Assembly (NCBI GenBank): GCA_038881595.1 | Contig: JAVZPM010000004.1 | Span: forward strand, 13,567-77,566 | Source: Candidatus Micrarchaeia archaeon | GTDB taxonomy: Archaea > Micrarchaeota > Micrarchaeia > CABMEP01 | Reading direction: 5' to 3' | DNA: 64,000 bases | Part shown: in pieces, positions 39,596-49,901 of the stretch | Position numbering within the stretch: the stretch's first letter is position 1 | How the letters are laid out: the number at the start of each line of letters is the position of its first letter | Made by a program: the position numbers and the translations under genes | Notes under the pieces: generated by a model | Seen by the model: the letters and a program-made list of their open reading frames with translations, nothing else | What the model was told of the DNA's origin: nothing | Databases searched by the model: none

Positions 39596-42013
39596 TTATT
39601 GCTGTTTTTTATCGATTACGATATTAAACTTTCCATATCTCAATTCACTTACTTTGTGTGCATTAATTATATCATTCTCAATAATTCTAAATTTCTCTGG
39701 TATCTCTAATAGTTTAATTGAATCTTTAAGTGATAGTCCATTATCCTTCTTTGCCTTCCATATCTTGCTATCCATCTCTTCAAGTTCAGCAAATGAAAAT
39801 TCCAATTCTTTTATCTCACCTGAAGTTGGAAATGATTCGGCATGAACATTTCTTCCATACATCTCTTTGTAAATCTTCCAAGTTGCAAATGGTATTATCG
39901 GTGCAAGAAGTCTTAAGAGATTTGACATTATCTCATGTAATGTCCAGATAGCTGAGGATTGCTCTTCTTCTGTAAACTTTCCTTCACTATTGTAGGCGCG
40001 ATTCTTTGAAAGTTCTATATAATGAGATGCAAAAGTTTCCCATATGAAATTTCTTATCCTTATTGCGGGATTATGGAAATCATAATTGTTGAATCTTATT
40101 CTTGCATCTTCAACAATAGAATAAAATTCATTCAAAATAGCTTGGTCAAGTGGAGATATATTTTTCGGCTTTTCAACTTGCGGAAACATTGAGACGTATT
40201 TCGCGATATTCCACAATTTATTAAGAGTCTTTCCAGCACCTTGTATTCTTTCATTTGAGCATCTGAAATCCTGTTCAGTTATATTTCCTTCGAAAACAGC
40301 CCATAACCTAAATGGCTCTGCACCGAATTGCTCAAGAATCTTTTGTGGATCAATTACATTTCCCAGTGATTTTGACATTTTATTTCCTTTTTCATCCACT
40401 ATGTGATAATTTATCCATACATCCCTGAATATTTGCTGTCCTGTCAAAAGATAACACTTAAGTACAGTGTAATAAAGCCACGTCCTAATAATTTCCTTTC
40501 CTTGTGGTCTTAATGTACATTGTTTATGCGAATTGAAGAAGTCTGGATGACGTTCATAACCTAAAATATAAAGAGGAGTTATTGAAGAATCAAACCATGT
40601 ATCAAATACTCTTGTTTCTCCTATGAACTCTTTGCTGCCACATTTAGGACATTTTTCAATAGGAGGATTTTCTTTCCATGGTCTGTAGTACTTTCCTTTT
40701 GGTGGAACGATTACTTCATTACAATTCTTACAGTACCACAATGGAACCTCAGTGGCATAGTATCTTCTTCTACTTATTGGCCAATCTATTGAAATACTAT
40801 TTATCCAATCCACCATTATTTTCCTACTTTCTTCTGAAAAGAAATTCATATTGTTTGCCATTTCTAGCATTTTTTCTTTCAGGTCCACTTGCTTTACGTA
40901 AAATTCTTTCATCGGAATAAATTCTATTGGATCTTTAGATCTTTCACATATTGGAGTTCTGTGCATTATCTCTTTCTCCCCTCTTATCTTATTTTGTTCC
41001 CTTAAGACAGAAACTATTTTTTCTCTTCCTTTAAGAACTGGAAGACCTGCTGCTGGTCCAGCGTTTTCATTCATTTTTCCATCTGGCCCTATTGAATATA
41101 TTGGTGTTAAATTCATCTCTCTAAAGAACCTAATATCTGCAAGATCACCAAATGAACACATCATAACTAGTCCGGATCCTTTTTCTGGATTAGCAAGTGG
41201 ATGTGCTTTTATTGGAACTACCTTATTAAATATTGGAACTACCGCATGTTTTCCTTCAAGTTTTTTGTTGTATCTTTCATCATTTGGATTGTATATTACC
41301 ATTGCACAACTTCCAAGAAGTTCCGGTCTCGTTGTTCCGATTATTATTTCCTCCCCTGTTTCCTTGACAGTAAATGCTAGATCATAGAATTTGGTTGGAA
41401 TCTCTACATAATCAACCTCTGCATCTGCAAGAGTTGTTCTGCAACCTGGACAATAATTGTTTGTTCTTTCTGATTCATATATTAAACCTGCATTCCACAT
41501 ATCTATAAATGTACCCTGAGTTAAAGCTCTATATTCTGGAGAATCTGTCATATATGCATCTCCGATTTTATTTCCAAATTCCCAAGAAGAAAAAGAAACT
41601 CCTGCCTTAAGGAAAGAATTAGTTGAGGTATTAGAGGATTCTTCAAGTACTGATTTGCACATCTCAAGAAACTTTTCTCTTTCTATCTGATTTAACTTTA
41701 CATTGAACTTCTTTTCTGCCGCCATCTCTATAGGAAGACCATTTCTATCTAAACCTAATGGAAATATTACATTATAGCCTATCATCCTATGAAATCTTGC
41801 AAACATATCCATAAGGACGTATGTGGTTAATTGTCCAATATGAATAGGTGTATTTACATAAGGAGGAGGAGTATCTATAGAAAATAAAGGTTTGTTTGAA
41901 TTTTCTTGGAATTTATAGATTGGACTCGTTTTTATTTCTTCATACATTTCTTGTTCGAATTTTTTATCCCAATTTTTTTCTTTTATCTTTGCTTCGTTTA
42001 ATTGAATTGACAT
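39596..42013 (-). CDS. valS: Valine--tRNA ligase
   Basis: FSIDTPPPY, HIGQ (HIGH variant), DWPISRRR, DTWFDSS, RPQGKEIIRTW, KMSKS. Confidence 0.94.
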   Translation of the reverse strand: MSIQLNEAKIKEKNWDKKFEQEMYEEIKTSPIYKFQENSNKPLFSIDTPPPYVNTPIHIGQLTTYVLMDMFARFHRMIGYNVIFPLGLDRNGLPIEMAAEKKFNVKLNQIEREKFLEMCKSVLEESSNTSTNSFLKAGVSFSSWEFGNKIGDAYMTDSPEYRALTQGTFIDMWNAGLIYESERTNNYCPGCRTTLADAEVDYVEIPTKFYDLAFTVKETGEEIIIGTTRPELLGSCAMVIYNPNDERYNKKLEGKHAVVPIFNKVVPIKAHPLANPEKGSGLVMMCSFGDLADIRFFREMNLTPIYSIGPDGKMNENAGPAAGLPVLKGREKIVSVLREQNKIRGEKEIMHRTPICERSKDPIEFIPMKEFYVKQVDLKEKMLEMANNMNFFSEESRKIMVDWINSISIDWPISRRRYYATEVPLWYCKNCNEVIVPPKGKYYRPWKENPPIEKCPKCGSKEFIGETRVFDTWFDSSITPLYILGYERHPDFFNSHKQCTLRPQGKEIIRTWLYYTVLKCYLLTGQQIFRDVWINYHIVDEKGNKMSKSLGNVIDPQKILEQFGAEPFRLWAVFEGNITEQDFRCSNERIQGAGKTLNKLWNIAKYVSMFPQVEKPKNISPLDQAILNEFYSIVEDARIRFNNYDFHNPAIRIRNFIWETFASHYIELSKNRAYNSEGKFTEEEQSSAIWTLHEIMSNLLRLLAPIIPFATWKIYKEMYGRNVHAESFPTSGEIKELEFSFAELEEMDSKIWKAKKDNGLSLKDSIKLLEIPEKFRIIENDIINAHKVSELRYGKFNIVIDKKQQ

Positions 42014-42189
42014 AAAATCACAATATGCATAATCCATAAAGATTCATAAGATACTAATGATTGATTAGAATTTGTATAGATCGTTGAATATTTTGCTTGC
42101 ATCTTACATAAAGATAATATAAGATATAGATATGAAATTTTAAAATGGTTTTGAATTTAATAAACAAAATTTGATATATTTGGTGGAAG

Positions 42190-42945
42190 TTAGAATTCAA
42201 ATTCCATCCCATCATAAGAGGCAATTACCTTAACTTTGCTTTCTTTTTGAAGCCATTTTGCAACATCTTCTGCCTTTATCTTTAAATACTCCCCTCCAAA
42301 TCTTGTTAAGACTGCGATTTTTGGCTTTGTTTCTTTTAGAAGTAAAAGACAGGAATACTTATCAATATGACCTTCCCATCTCTCTTCTGCACGCAGAATA
42401 TTTATTATTAAAAGATCAAGGCCTTTATATTGACTTGATATTCCTTTAAAATATTCAGTATCACCAGTATATCCAATTCGTTTCCCATCCATCTCTAGAA
42501 TGAAACCTATCCCCTCTGTATTGTCGTGTTTTGCTTTTGTTGCTTTTATCGAAAAAGAATCTAAGTCTATATTTTCGTTAGGTTTCATTTTGTAGTACGC
42601 ATCTAGAAGATTTGCATGATACTTTGAAAGAGAGACGCCGAATTCAAGTTCTTTTTTAAATAAAGTTTCTGGCCCAAAAAGAATGCCCCTTTTCTTTGAT
42701 GTTGCATATGTCATAGCCTCGATTAAAACGTTCATGTCGTTTGCATGATCCAGATGTGGATGTGAAACAAACACTGCATCTATTTTATTAAGTTTAATCT
42801 TATGTTTTTTTGCATCAGGAACCACTCCTGGACCCGGGTCTACATAAATCTGTTTTGAACCTTGAATCAGAAAGCCAGATGTGGACCTAAATCTATGAGT
42901 TACGTTTACTCTTCCGCCACCTGTGCCTAGAAAAACTATCTTCAT
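42190..42945 (-). CDS. MBL-fold metallo-hydrolase
   Basis: FLGTGGGR, VDPGPG, SHPHLDH, GYTGDT. Confidence 0.9.
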   Translation of the reverse strand: MKIVFLGTGGGRVNVTHRFRSTSGFLIQGSKQIYVDPGPGVVPDAKKHKIKLNKIDAVFVSHPHLDHANDMNVLIEAMTYATSKKRGILFGPETLFKKELEFGVSLSKYHANLLDAYYKMKPNENIDLDSFSIKATKAKHDNTEGIGFILEMDGKRIGYTGDTEYFKGISSQYKGLDLLIINILRAEERWEGHIDKYSCLLLLKETKPKIAVLTRFGGEYLKIKAEDVAKWLQKESKVKVIASYDGMEFEF

Positions 42946-43394
42946 AAATAAAAATAAGAATAAAAATTTAAAAAGAAATGGGAATAGAGGGCTATTTTAC
43001 CTCACAGCATTATTTTCATTTTAATTTCAATTGTCTTTACTATTCTTCTTTACAGCTATAAGATCTATTATCAAAGTTATAAAATTCTCTATCTTTAAGC
43101 ATTTTTTAGGTCGGTATCAAAAGAAGCAAATGTAAGGAGCGAAGCTGCAGTCAGATTATAGAAGCTTTCGTAACGTTACTTATAAATTTTGGCGATTCTT
43201 TTTCTTTCCGCTGATTTGTTGCACGATATACAAAACTGAAAAGTAATCTTTATTTTGCTTTTATTATTTTAATTTAAGAATAATTGAATAAATACTTTAA
43301 TTAGTTTAATGAGTTAATGAAAACCACAAAACAAAATATTTATAAATAACATATGAATATACAATATAAGAAAAAATTACAAAAAAGTGTTTAT

Positions 43395-44141
43395 ATGAAA
43401 GGTGTACTCCTTGATATGGAAGGAGTCATTCGAGACTCTAAAAATGCATTTCATCATGCGTACGAAAAAGCATTAGAGGCCGTTGGACTTAAATTGAATT
43501 CTTATCCTGCCGCAACATGGAAGTTAAGGGGTTTTGCTGAATTGAACCATCAAGATGAATTCTTAAAAGCTCTCTATGCAATCGCTAAAAACGGAGAGGA
43601 TATAACACGAATTTTATGGAAAAAATATCCTGTTGAATATGTAAAAGAATTGATGAAAAAAACTCCAATAAGTAAAGAAGATTTTGAAAAAATGCATTAT
43701 GCATATAATAAAACTCTTACCGATCCTAAAGTTTTTAGGCGTATACCTCCTGTAAGGGCGGGTAAGAAAGGTGCTAAATTACTTAAAGATTATGGTTTTA
43801 CATTAGGTATAGTGACCAATGCAAAGAGAGAATATAACCAGATCTGGATGCAGGATAGAGAAGTTATAGACATGTTTGAAACTGTAATTACATCTGAAGA
43901 TGCTTCTCAACCAAAGCCATCACCTGAAATGATATTGAAAGCATGTAAAAAACTAGGATTAAAACCTAGTGAAACATATTATCTAGGGGACAGCGAAGCT
44001 GACATAATGGCTGCAAAAGCTGCAGGTTGCATCCCTATCGGAATAATGTCTGGAAGTACTGAAAGAGCGGTCTTAAAAAAGCTTGGTGCAAAAGAAGTAT
44101 ATAAATCTGTTACTGAATTTGCACTTAAATTCAAAAGATAA
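43395..44141 (+). CDS. HAD-superfamily hydrolase (phosphoglycolate-phosphatase-like)
   Basis: DMEGV motif I variant, GIVTN, KPSP, YLGDSEADI. Confidence 0.88.
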   Translation: MKGVLLDMEGVIRDSKNAFHHAYEKALEAVGLKLNSYPAATWKLRGFAELNHQDEFLKALYAIAKNGEDITRILWKKYPVEYVKELMKKTPISKEDFEKMHYAYNKTLTDPKVFRRIPPVRAGKKGAKLLKDYGFTLGIVTNAKREYNQIWMQDREVIDMFETVITSEDASQPKPSPEMILKACKKLGLKPSETYYLGDSEADIMAAKAAGCIPIGIMSGSTERAVLKKLGAKEVYKSVTEFALKFKR

Positions 44142-44306
44142 GGTTGTAATGTAGATATTTAAATTAATTTCTTAAACTTTTCTGTCTATATAATAATATA
44201 ATATAGAAGAGATCTTAATATAGACCTCTATGTTTTATCCAATAAAAAAAATCTATTTGTTAAAACAATTATCGTTTTAATATAATTAATTCTTAGGGGT
44301 GAAAAT

Positions 44307-45947
44307 ATGGCGAATTCACAACAGATGATACTTCCAGAGGGAAGTTCAAGAACTGTAGGAAGGGATGCACAGCGCATTATGATTGTGGTTGGAAGAGCAG
44401 TTGGTGAAATTGTAAAGAAGACTCTCGGACCAAGAGGAAGCGATGTAATGCTTGTCTCTGAACTTGGAGATATCGTTATAACTAATGATGGAGCAACGAT
44501 TTTAACTGAAATGAATACAGATCATCCTGCAGCCAAGATTCTTGTAGAAGTTGCAAAAACACAAGATAAGGAAGTTGGTGATGGAACCACTACCTCTGTT
44601 GTGCTGGCTGGTGAATTGCTCAAAGGAGCAGAAGATTTGCTAGACAAAGACATACATTCATCTACGATATTAAGAGGATACAAACTCGCTGCAACAAGAG
44701 CATTAGAAAGAATAAAAGAGATATCAAAGCCTGTAACTATCAAAGATACAAAAGTACTTTACAATATAGCCTCTATTTCTATGGGATCAAAATCTGTAGG
44801 AGTAGGTGAATCAAAAGATCGTCTTGCAAAGATCGTAGTAGATGCAGTTACACAAGTTGCAGAACAAAAAGATGGAAAACTTATAATTGATCAGGATTTG
44901 ATAAAAATTGAAAAGAAAGCAGGTGGCTCTATAGATGACACTACTCTTATTAATGGTGTTTTGATAGACAAAGAGATAGTCCATCCTGCAATGCCAAAGA
45001 AAGTGGAAAACGCAAAGATAGCATTGCTTGACACTTCTCTTGAAATTGAAAAAACAGAAACAGACGCAAAGATTGAAATAACAGATCCATCACAACTAAC
45101 TGCATTCCTTGAGCAAGAAGAAAAAATGCTTAAAGAAATGGTTGAAAAAATAGAGAAGAGTGGTGCAAATGTTGTATTCTGCCAAAAAGGAATAGACGAC
45201 GTTGCACAACACTACCTTGCAAAGAAAGGAATCGTAGCAGTAAGAAGAGTAAAGAGAAGCGACATGGAGAAACTCGCAAGAGCAACCGGAGCAAGGATAG
45301 TTACAATACTTAATGACCTCTCACCTAAAGACCTAGGTTATGCTGGATCTATAGAGGAAAGAAAGATAGGTGGGGAAGCTATGGTTTTTGTAGAAAAATG
45401 CAAAGATCCTAAATCAGTAACAATACTAGTAAGAGCATCAACAGATCATGTCGTAAATGAAGGAGAAAGAGCAATAAAAGATGCGATAGGAGCCGTTTCC
45501 TCTGCAATAGAAGAAGGAAAATATGTTTTTGGTGGAGGCGCAACTGAAATAGAGTTGGCAAAAGACCTTAGAGAATACGCAAACAAAATCGGAGGAAGAG
45601 AACAACTAGCAATACTCGCTTTTGCAGATGCACTTGAAGTAATCCCAAGAACACTTGCAGAAAGTGCAGGAATGGATGCGATAGATACACTGGTATCATT
45701 AAGATCAAAACACAATAACAAAGATGGCTTAACATATGGAGTTAACGTATATGATGGAAAAATAGACAACATGGAGAAACTTGGAGTAATCGAGCCAGCA
45801 AAGGTTAAGGAACAGGCAATCATGTCTGCAAGTGAAGCTGCAGAAATGCTGTTAAGAATAAGCGACATGATAAGTGCAAAGCCAAAACCAATGTCTTCAT
45901 CTGGAGGATCTGGAGGCACAGGTGGAATGGGCGGAGGAGAATACTAA
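44307..45947 (+). CDS. Thermosome subunit (group II chaperonin)
   Basis: [31 protein letters not shown], Gly/Met-rich tail. Confidence 0.97.
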   Translation: MANSQQMILPEGSSRTVGRDAQRIMIVVGRAVGEIVKKTLGPRGSDVMLVSELGDIVITNDGATILTEMNTDHPAAKILVEVAKTQDKEVGDGTTTSVVLAGELLKGAEDLLDKDIHSSTILRGYKLAATRALERIKEISKPVTIKDTKVLYNIASISMGSKSVGVGESKDRLAKIVVDAVTQVAEQKDGKLIIDQDLIKIEKKAGGSIDDTTLINGVLIDKEIVHPAMPKKVENAKIALLDTSLEIEKTETDAKIEITDPSQLTAFLEQEEKMLKEMVEKIEKSGANVVFCQKGIDDVAQHYLAKKGIVAVRRVKRSDMEKLARATGARIVTILNDLSPKDLGYAGSIEERKIGGEAMVFVEKCKDPKSVTILVRASTDHVVNEGERAIKDAIGAVSSAIEEGKYVFGGGATEIELAKDLREYANKIGGREQLAILAFADALEVIPRTLAESAGMDAIDTLVSLRSKHNNKDGLTYGVNVYDGKIDNMEKLGVIEPAKVKEQAIMSASEAAEMLLRISDMISAKPKPMSSSGGSGGTGGMGGGEY

Positions 45948-46045
45948 AACTCTAATAGACCTCTTTTTTCTTTTTATTTTCTCTTCTTTTCTATTTATTC
46001 TTATTTAATTTTTATCCTGCTGCGTATATCATTTATTATTCTTTT

Positions 46046-47248
46046 TTATATTTTAACTGAAATTGATGCAAATACGTTATTCTGCATATTGGGTGTAAAT
46101 TTAAACTTATTATTTTCAAACGATGTGTTTACACCTGGAAAAAAGGAAACGCTAGATCTAACTAAAATATCTTTGTTTAAATTATAATTAAATCCTACTT
46201 CTGCTGACGCAACTGGAATAATCTTATCTAAAGAATATAATTTTTCACTGTAATCGCCAATAATCAGAGAAGCATCTCCCTTTACAATTGCCGCACCAAC
46301 AGAAAAGTTTGCTGTTAAATCAAGACCTTTCTGGATGTGAGTTTGCTTTGAAAAGTTGAATTTAACAATAGAACCTGAAAAATAGGATTGAATACCAGCT
46401 CCATTTAATGGCATATATCCTAAACTCATATTAAAATTATACGCCTCGATTTTTCCTGCAGATGCAGTTGGACCTTTGGTAAATAAAATTGAGCTCCTTC
46501 CCGATGTCTCTTCCTCAGAAATTGCATCGCGAGGCCTTAACTTACAGAAAGAGGAGGCAATAAGATTTACCGCATCATTAACATCCACCACTGGATTGAT
46601 TACTTCTTTTCCAAGTGCCATATTTAATGCATTTGATTGATCAATTATTGATTTGCTTCTAAAACCTTCGAGTATTTGTTTATTTACATTTACTTTGTTT
46701 ATATTGTTATTTTCAAATACCTTAACAATAGAACTTACAGGAATCTTACCTAATTTTTTTGACTGAACCTCTTGTGGAGATAATTTCATTAAATTAATAA
46801 CATTCAAAGAAGCAGTAATATCCTTTCCATTTACACTTAAAGAAATAAAATTAGAAAATCTAGAATTAAATTCATTTATAGCTTTTATGGTTAACTCTGA
46901 AGTGGCTGCATTAAATTTATTGCGATTGATGCTCTGTTCAAATACATTAATTGCTTTTATCTTCGTAAGATTAGAATTAGCGAATTCGGAAAGATCTGAT
47001 TTGATTTTGGAAAAATCGTTGTTTACTGCCTCCTTAAGATCTGAAATAAACTTAGAATCTGATTTTTTATAATAAGTCTTAAATAAAGAATTAAGATCAT
47101 CTATTGGCTGAAGATTAAGATTTTTGCTTAATTCCTGTAAATGCTTTTTTATTTGATTTTTTTGACCTTTTGATAACTCAAGATTGTTTAAAATTCCATC
47201 CAATTCTTTTGCATTTATGTTTATTTTCCCTAAACTAACCATATCCAT
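46046..47248 (-). CDS. Hypothetical protein: helical N-half, amphipathic beta-strand C-terminal domain
   Basis: 400-aa orphan ORF; last ~150 aa show alternating hydrophobic/polar strands. Confidence 0.65.
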   Translation of the reverse strand: MDMVSLGKININAKELDGILNNLELSKGQKNQIKKHLQELSKNLNLQPIDDLNSLFKTYYKKSDSKFISDLKEAVNNDFSKIKSDLSEFANSNLTKIKAINVFEQSINRNKFNAATSELTIKAINEFNSRFSNFISLSVNGKDITASLNVINLMKLSPQEVQSKKLGKIPVSSIVKVFENNNINKVNVNKQILEGFRSKSIIDQSNALNMALGKEVINPVVDVNDAVNLIASSFCKLRPRDAISEEETSGRSSILFTKGPTASAGKIEAYNFNMSLGYMPLNGAGIQSYFSGSIVKFNFSKQTHIQKGLDLTANFSVGAAIVKGDASLIIGDYSEKLYSLDKIIPVASAEVGFNYNLNKDILVRSSVSFFPGVNTSFENNKFKFTPNMQNNVFASISVKI

Positions 47249-47349
47249 ATTCTCTTAATACATTAACATTTGATAATAATATAAACATTACTATAAGTGG
47301 GGGATGTAAAGGTATATAAGGAAATAAGCTGGTGTTATACTGTGATAAA

Positions 47350-47814
47350 ATGGAAAAGAAATCTGAAAAGTTAAAAAGACCGAGCTTAGATGAATACTTT
47401 ATGAGAATATGCGATGATGTTGCAACTAGAGCTACTTGCAGAAGAAGAAAAATAGGTGCAGTGATTATAAAGGATAAGCAAATACTTTCTACAGGGTATA
47501 ATGGAGCACCAAAGAAGATGCCGGATTGTCTTGAAGAGGGATGTTTACGAGATAAGTTAAAAATAGAGAGCGGAACAAGACATGAAATATGCAGGGCTGT
47601 TCATGCAGAGCAGAATGCAATAATACAATGTGCATATCATGGTGTATCTTCGAATAATTCGATTCTATATGTTAACACTCCTCCTTGCAGGATATGTGCG
47701 AAGATGATAATAAATGCGGGGATAAAAGAGGTAAGATACAAGGGAGATTATCCAGACAAGGAGGCGTTCAAACTTTTCAAGGAAGCAGGAGTAAAGATCG
47801 TAAAGGTGGAATGA
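47350..47814 (+). CDS. dCMP deaminase / ComEB family protein
   Basis: RATC, TGYNG, HAEQNA, PCRICAK. Confidence 0.93.
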   Translation: MEKKSEKLKRPSLDEYFMRICDDVATRATCRRRKIGAVIIKDKQILSTGYNGAPKKMPDCLEEGCLRDKLKIESGTRHEICRAVHAEQNAIIQCAYHGVSSNNSILYVNTPPCRICAKMIINAGIKEVRYKGDYPDKEAFKLFKEAGVKIVKVE

Positions 47815-47839
47815 CTATAAATTCTCTTATTTTTGCTGT

Positions 47840-48571
47840 TTATTTTATGGTGGTTCCAATAAATTCCTTTCCTTCTAAAAGATTATCTAAATTTTTCATA
47901 TTATTTCCATTCAAAATATAAACCGTAATTCCTAATTTTTCAGCTTCCTTAGCTGCGACAGGATCAAATGGGGCATTCAATCCTGGACTCCATTTGTCAC
48001 CAACAAGCTTCCTGTAGTATTTCCAGCTTATTTCTTTAAATGGTCTTGCATCTTTGAACTGTTTTGGATTCTTGTCATAAACATAATCAACATTGGTCAG
48101 ATTGATTATATTCTTTATCCCGTATGTCTTTGCAAATATAACTGCATCATAATCTGTTGAGAATCCTGGCTTCCAACCTGCAGCAACAATCACCTTCTTT
48201 TTGCCGAAATCAATTTTTTCCCTTGGATCTTTTAGAACTCGTTTATAGCAAATATTCCCTAGAATTGTCTTAATGAGATGAGCATTAAGCCTGGTTGCAT
48301 GTATCCCAATCCAGTCTAGATCATCTTCTGAAATCTCTGTTAATTCTTTTGCAGCTGATTGGTATAATCTTGCAGTTTTACCTCCACCACAAATAATAAT
48401 GAAACGGAAGGACTTTGAAGTCATCTTTGTGACAAAATCCTTAAAAGAAGAAATGAATTTAGTATCTATTTTTTCTGGGACGATTAAAGAACCGCCAACA
48501 GAAATAATAAACTCTTTACTCCAACCAGTCTCGAAAACTCCATCTGAAAATTCTTTCTTTTTTGTTGTCAT
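47840..48571 (-). CDS. pyrH: Uridylate kinase (archaeal type)
   Basis: SVGGS, GGGKTAR, GIHATRLNA, PGFSTD, TNVDYVYDKNP, PFDPVAA. Confidence 0.95.
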   Translation of the reverse strand: MTTKKKEFSDGVFETGWSKEFIISVGGSLIVPEKIDTKFISSFKDFVTKMTSKSFRFIIICGGGKTARLYQSAAKELTEISEDDLDWIGIHATRLNAHLIKTILGNICYKRVLKDPREKIDFGKKKVIVAAGWKPGFSTDYDAVIFAKTYGIKNIINLTNVDYVYDKNPKQFKDARPFKEISWKYYRKLVGDKWSPGLNAPFDPVAAKEAEKLGITVYILNGNNMKNLDNLLEGKEFIGTTIK

Positions 48572-48608
48572 ATGCTATAATAAAAAACAAAATTTTTATT
48601 GCTTACAT

Positions 48609-49709
48609 TTATAACATCGCGTGTTTTTTAATTTGAGCAGATAACAATTCCCTAAACATTGAAACTGTTGAAAATAAATCTCTAAAATCGTGTGAAATTG
48701 CTCTAAAACCAACATCGTTTATATCTGATTTAATCCATAATTCTCCTATTTGCTTTCCAGCGTATTGAATTCTTGTGGTAATTTCACTTAAAATTTTGTT
48801 TGCTTCTATTTCTGTTCCTCCTTTAGCTATATAATTAGAAATTATCTCTTTCATTTCCATTGATTTTTCAGATGATAATTTTCCTAAAGTTAAATGTTCT
48901 GAAGTCTTTAAATGGAATAATAAGTTTTTTACTAATTCTTTCTGTCTTTTTATTTCAAGCGGATCTGATTCACTAATCAATAATTCTTTTTCGTTTACAA
49001 TATTCTTTATTATAAATGACTTTCTTGAGTTTGAATCCATCTCTTTCATAGTTTTTATGACATTTGGATCAGAAAAGAAAGTCTTTATATCAACTACTCT
49101 TCTTAATCCAATTGAACGCAATCTACCTTTTGCCAAAGAAATCAAAAACTCTTTTTCTTTCGCTATTATTTCATTTATCTTTTTCTCATACTCGTCTATA
49201 TTTTCTTTTAACTTTATTAAAGCTCTTGCAGTATTTGGAGCTTTCTTTTCTAATTCTTTTATTTTTTCCATCTTCACGATATCTTTCAAATCTTTTATTT
49301 TTTTAAATGGACCCACACCTAAAGCTATAAAGGCAGAAGATAAAATAGCAGAATAAGGTGTTTTTGCAGATTCTTCATCGATACCTAAATAGAAAGAGAT
49401 GGCATCTATTCCTGCATTTTTTATTGATTGTAAATCGTTAGCTGCTTCTATATACGATTGACACATTTTTGAAACTAATGAATAATGTTCAAAAAATTTC
49501 TTCTTATCTTCTTCTGTTTTTATTCTATTTACTATTTGTCTCAATTCTTTGAAAATCTTAGAAAGATCCTCTTCTTGAATAACTACAAGACCTGGTACGC
49601 TGTTAAGAGACTTAATAGCAGGAATTGTAGATTTTTCCATTTGGTTTATACTTTCATTTACTTTCTTCTGATCAAATCGTTTAATCCTCTGTTTAACTCC
49701 AAGTTCCAT
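48609..49709 (-). CDS. Hypothetical helical protein with one hydrophobic segment
   Basis: 366-aa very AT-rich orphan ORF. Confidence 0.6.
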   Translation of the reverse strand: MELGVKQRIKRFDQKKVNESINQMEKSTIPAIKSLNSVPGLVVIQEEDLSKIFKELRQIVNRIKTEEDKKKFFEHYSLVSKMCQSYIEAANDLQSIKNAGIDAISFYLGIDEESAKTPYSAILSSAFIALGVGPFKKIKDLKDIVKMEKIKELEKKAPNTARALIKLKENIDEYEKKINEIIAKEKEFLISLAKGRLRSIGLRRVVDIKTFFSDPNVIKTMKEMDSNSRKSFIIKNIVNEKELLISESDPLEIKRQKELVKNLLFHLKTSEHLTLGKLSSEKSMEMKEIISNYIAKGGTEIEANKILSEITTRIQYAGKQIGELWIKSDINDVGFRAISHDFRDLFSTVSMFRELLSAQIKKHAML

Positions 49710-49901
49710 AATCTAAATAATTTAAATATGAATATAAACTTAACTAAAATTCCAAAAAATTAATGGATTTTATCCATTTATATATAAAAGAATATTGTAA
49801 GTTTTAAACAAGTTAAATAAATAAAAATTTTTGAGATTCGAAGCTAAATAATCACAAAGAGTTAAAAAACTTAGATTCTAATAATATTAACGGTGTTGAT
49901 T

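Noticed and set aside
42946..43352. Possible decayed gene on the minus strand (ISNVTKASII / TAASLLTFASF fragments)
   Set aside because: Fragments too short, with no recognisable family.
44220..45965. ATAGACCTCT direct repeat flanking the thermosome gene
   Set aside because: A single 10-bp match around a core gene; consistent with chance.
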